Under the pieces are notes generated by a model. It was not told where the DNA came from. It did not search any database and saw nothing but the letters and a program-made list of their open reading frames with translations. From IMG/VR virus record IMGVR_UViG_3300025870_000004, positions 28,687 through 92,686 of that record: a DNA stretch of 64,000 nucleotides; one strand, given 5' to 3'. Numbering within the stretch: the first letter of the stretch is position 1; every line of letters starts with the position of its first letter. Source of the stretch: a virus (taxonomy: Duplodnaviria; Caudoviricetes). This document shows positions 61,558 to 64,000 of the stretch, one piece after another. The position numbers and the translations under genes were made by a program.

Positions 61558-61997
61558 GCGTTTTTTGCAAAAAAAGTTAAAACAATTCTATCTTTTCCAC
61601 CAAAGCAAGGATTGTGTAGTGTTTTAGCATCGAAACATATGATACGATTTGTTTGAAATTCTGTGTATTGGTCATCAACGATAGTTCCCATACCCTCATC
61701 TCCAATCAGATATAGGACACCAGAACTCTCGGAATCCCAATCGATATGTTGTTCCAACCCTTTGAGCTCTGGGATAGGAAAGTTTTCTTTAGGATGTTTG
61801 AAAAGAGACATTCTTATAATTCTGACATCAAACTCTGTCTCTATCTTTTCTTTGATGTCATCATACACATGAATCAAATTTTTACTTCGATAACAATTGG
61901 AAGCAAATCTACATTCGTCAATCAACCAATCATCAGAATCATCAATAATTTCTTGTAGAGTTTTCTCGTCTAAAAAGTTATCTCGAACTCTGACCAT
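61554..61997 (-). CDS. 2OG-Fe(II) oxygenase
   Basis: DNFL, HID, GVLYL, GT, NR...FDA..LH, R..L.FF. Confidence 0.8.
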   Translation of the reverse strand: MVRVRDNFLDEKTLQEIIDDSDDWLIDECRFASNCYRSKNLIHVYDDIKEKIETEFDVRIIRMSLFKHPKENFPIPELKGLEQHIDWDSESSGVLYLIGDEGMGTIVDDQYTEFQTNRIICFDAKTLHNPCFGGKDRIVLTFFAKNA

Positions 61998-62745
61998 CGA
62001 AAACTCGTCTTAACATGATATTTAACTCATCATCTCTACTTGGATTATCGTGGTGGTCAGAGTGATTTTGTTCGCCATAGAATAACCACCAGCCCAGAAA
62101 CTTATTATAACCTTTGTGCCTTTTACTATTATTCTCGCCACCCAAGAATCCACCGTGGTTTATAATAGTCCACACCAGACCCATGTGACCATAGATGACT
62201 GGAATGACATAGAAGTATATCACATAACTTGGATTGATTGCAAACAAAATCGTAGCATATAACAGGTTTATCAACAGATAGTATTTCTCGAAGAACAACA
62301 AGACAGGGTCTTTGGATACATGACTCATTGACACAAGAAGTTTCTTACGGTCACGAAACGATAGGCCTTGGACAATCTTGGTGACTGATTTATGAAAATA
62401 CATGAAAGATGATTTGAACAACCCCAGTTGAACAGGACTGTGTGGGTCTTGTTCCGTATCGGAGAACCAGTGATGTAGTGTATGAATACTCACCCATGCG
62501 ATTGGGGGAGCGGTGAATGAGATTGACCCGATGATACTATACAGTGTCTTGAAGATATTACCTGTCTTCACCACGCGATGTGACAGAATTCTATGGTATC
62601 CTGCCATCGCAATGATGTAGAATAGGTAACCTGTGACGAGTGATGCAATTAGTAATGTTGGGTCAATACCATAGTTCCAGAAGTATACCCCCGCGATGAG
62701 AGGCATTATAATCTGAAACAAACCTGTAATCTTTTGCTTATCCAT
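61978..62745 (-). CDS. Membrane fatty-acid desaturase (delta-9-like)
   Basis: His boxes HRILSH, HTLHH and HSDHH; SDTEQDPHSP. Confidence 0.9.
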   Translation of the reverse strand: MDKQKITGLFQIIMPLIAGVYFWNYGIDPTLLIASLVTGYLFYIIAMAGYHRILSHRVVKTGNIFKTLYSIIGSISFTAPPIAWVSIHTLHHWFSDTEQDPHSPVQLGLFKSSFMYFHKSVTKIVQGLSFRDRKKLLVSMSHVSKDPVLLFFEKYYLLINLLYATILFAINPSYVIYFYVIPVIYGHMGLVWTIINHGGFLGGENNSKRHKGYNKFLGWWLFYGEQNHSDHHDNPSRDDELNIMLRRVFDGQSSR

Positions 62746-64000
62746 GCGTGTATATCTCAATTAGTTCGTCTTTACCCTTCACCTTGATATCTCCAATCTT
62801 CTTGGACAACATAGTATCGGGTAACAAATCTTTCGTATAACTCGAATAGATTGTCTTATAATCTATATAGTCACCCCGTGCGGCAGTGGCTTCTAGTCTT
62901 GCTGCAAGATTTACTGCGTCACCGATGACAGAATAATCGAATCTAGATTCAGAACCCATATTACCAACAATACAATCCCCAGTATTAACTCCAGTCCCCA
63001 CGTTGATAGGAGGGAGACCAGCTTCTTCATATTTTTTTCTAAGTTCATTGGTCTTTTCCTCAATCTGAATAGCAGACTTCACTGCCATCTCTGCGTGGTT
63101 GGGACAAGGTAACGGTGCGTTCCAGAATGCCATGATGCAATCACCCATATACTTATCTATAGTTCCACCATTGTCTTGAATGATTTTAGTCATCTGATTC
63201 AGATAATCATTGATAAGATGCACGAGCCCTTCGGGGTCATCGTTGTTTTTGTAGTGTTCGCTGATAGGTGTAAACCCACAGATATCCATAAACAGGAATG
63301 TCATCTCTTTGCGTTCACCACCCAGTTTCATCAGCGATGGGTCTTTGGCTAACATGTCAACCATGTCAGGACTTAGATAAGTTCCGAACTGACCTTTAAT
63401 CATTTGTTTCGCTTTGAACTGCGTATAGAACTGAACAAACGAACCGTGTGCAAAGATTATAACAAATGTTATAACGGGGAAGATTGGGTCGAGTAACATA
63501 TATGTTACATCAAACATATGTGATGCACCATACACGAAACTTGAACTAATCAACACAAATAATCCACCCGAAATCACGATAGAGAGTTTAGATAACATGA
63601 ATAGTATCACTATCGATACCACTATCGTTGTGAAAAGTTCATAAAACTTAAACTCTGGCATTCGTGTGATAGTCACACCATCAATCATCGTCTTCAACAG
63701 GTTTGCCTGAATGTCGTGGGGATACATCGCACCGACAGGGGTTGATACAACAGATGTCCCCTTGAAGGTCGCGCCCAGTATTGCAATACTTCCCGCTGGT
63801 ATCTGGTCTATCTCTGTGAAGGAATATCTCTTGAACTCGTTCCAGAATGCGATACGCACATTACTATTATCGTCTGTCTGAACTACATCGAACTTCGGTA
63901 TGCGAACAAATCGTATTCCATAGTCATCTGTCTTGACTTGATAGGATACATCACCCGCAGCCACACGAAGGATATCCAATGCAAAGGCAGGATACATGCG
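62738..64000 (-). CDS. CHASE2-domain transmembrane class III adenylate cyclase; 5' end lies outside the window
   Basis: TPVG.M....IQAN (end of CHASE2), three TM segments, FMDICGFT, DKYMGD.IMAFW, GNMGS..RFDYSVIGD.VNLAARLE. Confidence 0.92.
   Translation of the reverse strand, partial: RMYPAFALDILRVAAGDVSYQVKTDDYGIRFVRIPKFDVVQTDDNSNVRIAFWNEFKRYSFTEIDQIPAGSIAILGATFKGTSVVSTPVGAMYPHDIQANLLKTMIDGVTITRMPEFKFYELFTTIVVSIVILFMLSKLSIVISGGLFVLISSSFVYGASHMFDVTYMLLDPIFPVITFVIIFAHGSFVQFYTQFKAKQMIKGQFGTYLSPDMVDMLAKDPSLMKLGGERKEMTFLFMDICGFTPISEHYKNNDDPEGLVHLINDYLNQMTKIIQDNGGTIDKYMGDCIMAFWNAPLPCPNHAEMAVKSAIQIEEKTNELRKKYEEAGLPPINVGTGVNTGDCIVGNMGSESRFDYSVIGDAVNLAARLEATAARGDYIDYKTIYSSYTKDLLPDTMLSKKIGDIKVKGKDELIEIYTHG

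Noticed and set aside
1-64000. CRISPR array, rRNA, integrase or transposase, and stop-codon reassignment
   Set aside because: No regularly spaced repeats, rRNA or recombinase motifs were seen. Conserved genes are intact in the standard code, and TAA, TAG and TGA all serve as stops.

Overview
This 64-kb window (about 40% GC, densely coding, many 1-4 nt ATGA/TAATG gene overlaps) is part of a T4-like myophage genome. The gene content resembles aquatic T4-like phages, and no photosynthesis genes occur in this window. From left to right it contains: (i) a baseplate/tail module with a gp5 split into three ORFs, a gp27-like hub, gp53, gp48, gp4, gp2, gp54, gp26, a gp51-like ORF reachable by a -1 slip, and a tape-measure-like protein; (ii) gp32, gp33 and small early genes behind sigma70-type promoter cassettes; (iii) a late operon ending in a P-loop kinase, and tRNA-Arg(UCU); (iv) a ~16-kb glycosylation/modification island with about 11 glycosyltransferase-like genes, a HAD-nucleotidyltransferase fusion, a radical SAM enzyme and a ferritin-like/glutamine-amidotransferase/cupin/sulfotransferase-like/methyltransferase sub-module; (v) an M15 peptidase, PhoH, a pair of truncated adenylate-forming enzymes, nrdB, and nrdA carrying an inserted glutaredoxin; (vi) outer-membrane and holin-like genes; (vii) a late-promoter region whose proteins start with T4 capsid-targeting-like sequences (ligase-like, nuclease-like, HIGH nucleotidyltransferase, and modular proteins punctuated by gp21-type cleavage motifs); (viii) an exonuclease, two zincins, a peroxiredoxin, DUF932, a 2OG-Fe(II) oxygenase, a fatty-acid desaturase and a CHASE2 adenylate cyclase. 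The strongest candidates for undescribed biology are the capsid-packaged enzyme/polyprotein kit, the G/GT-like frameshift upstream of the tape measure, and the late-expressed ferritin-GATase-cupin module. All family calls come from motif recognition by eye; no database searches were run.
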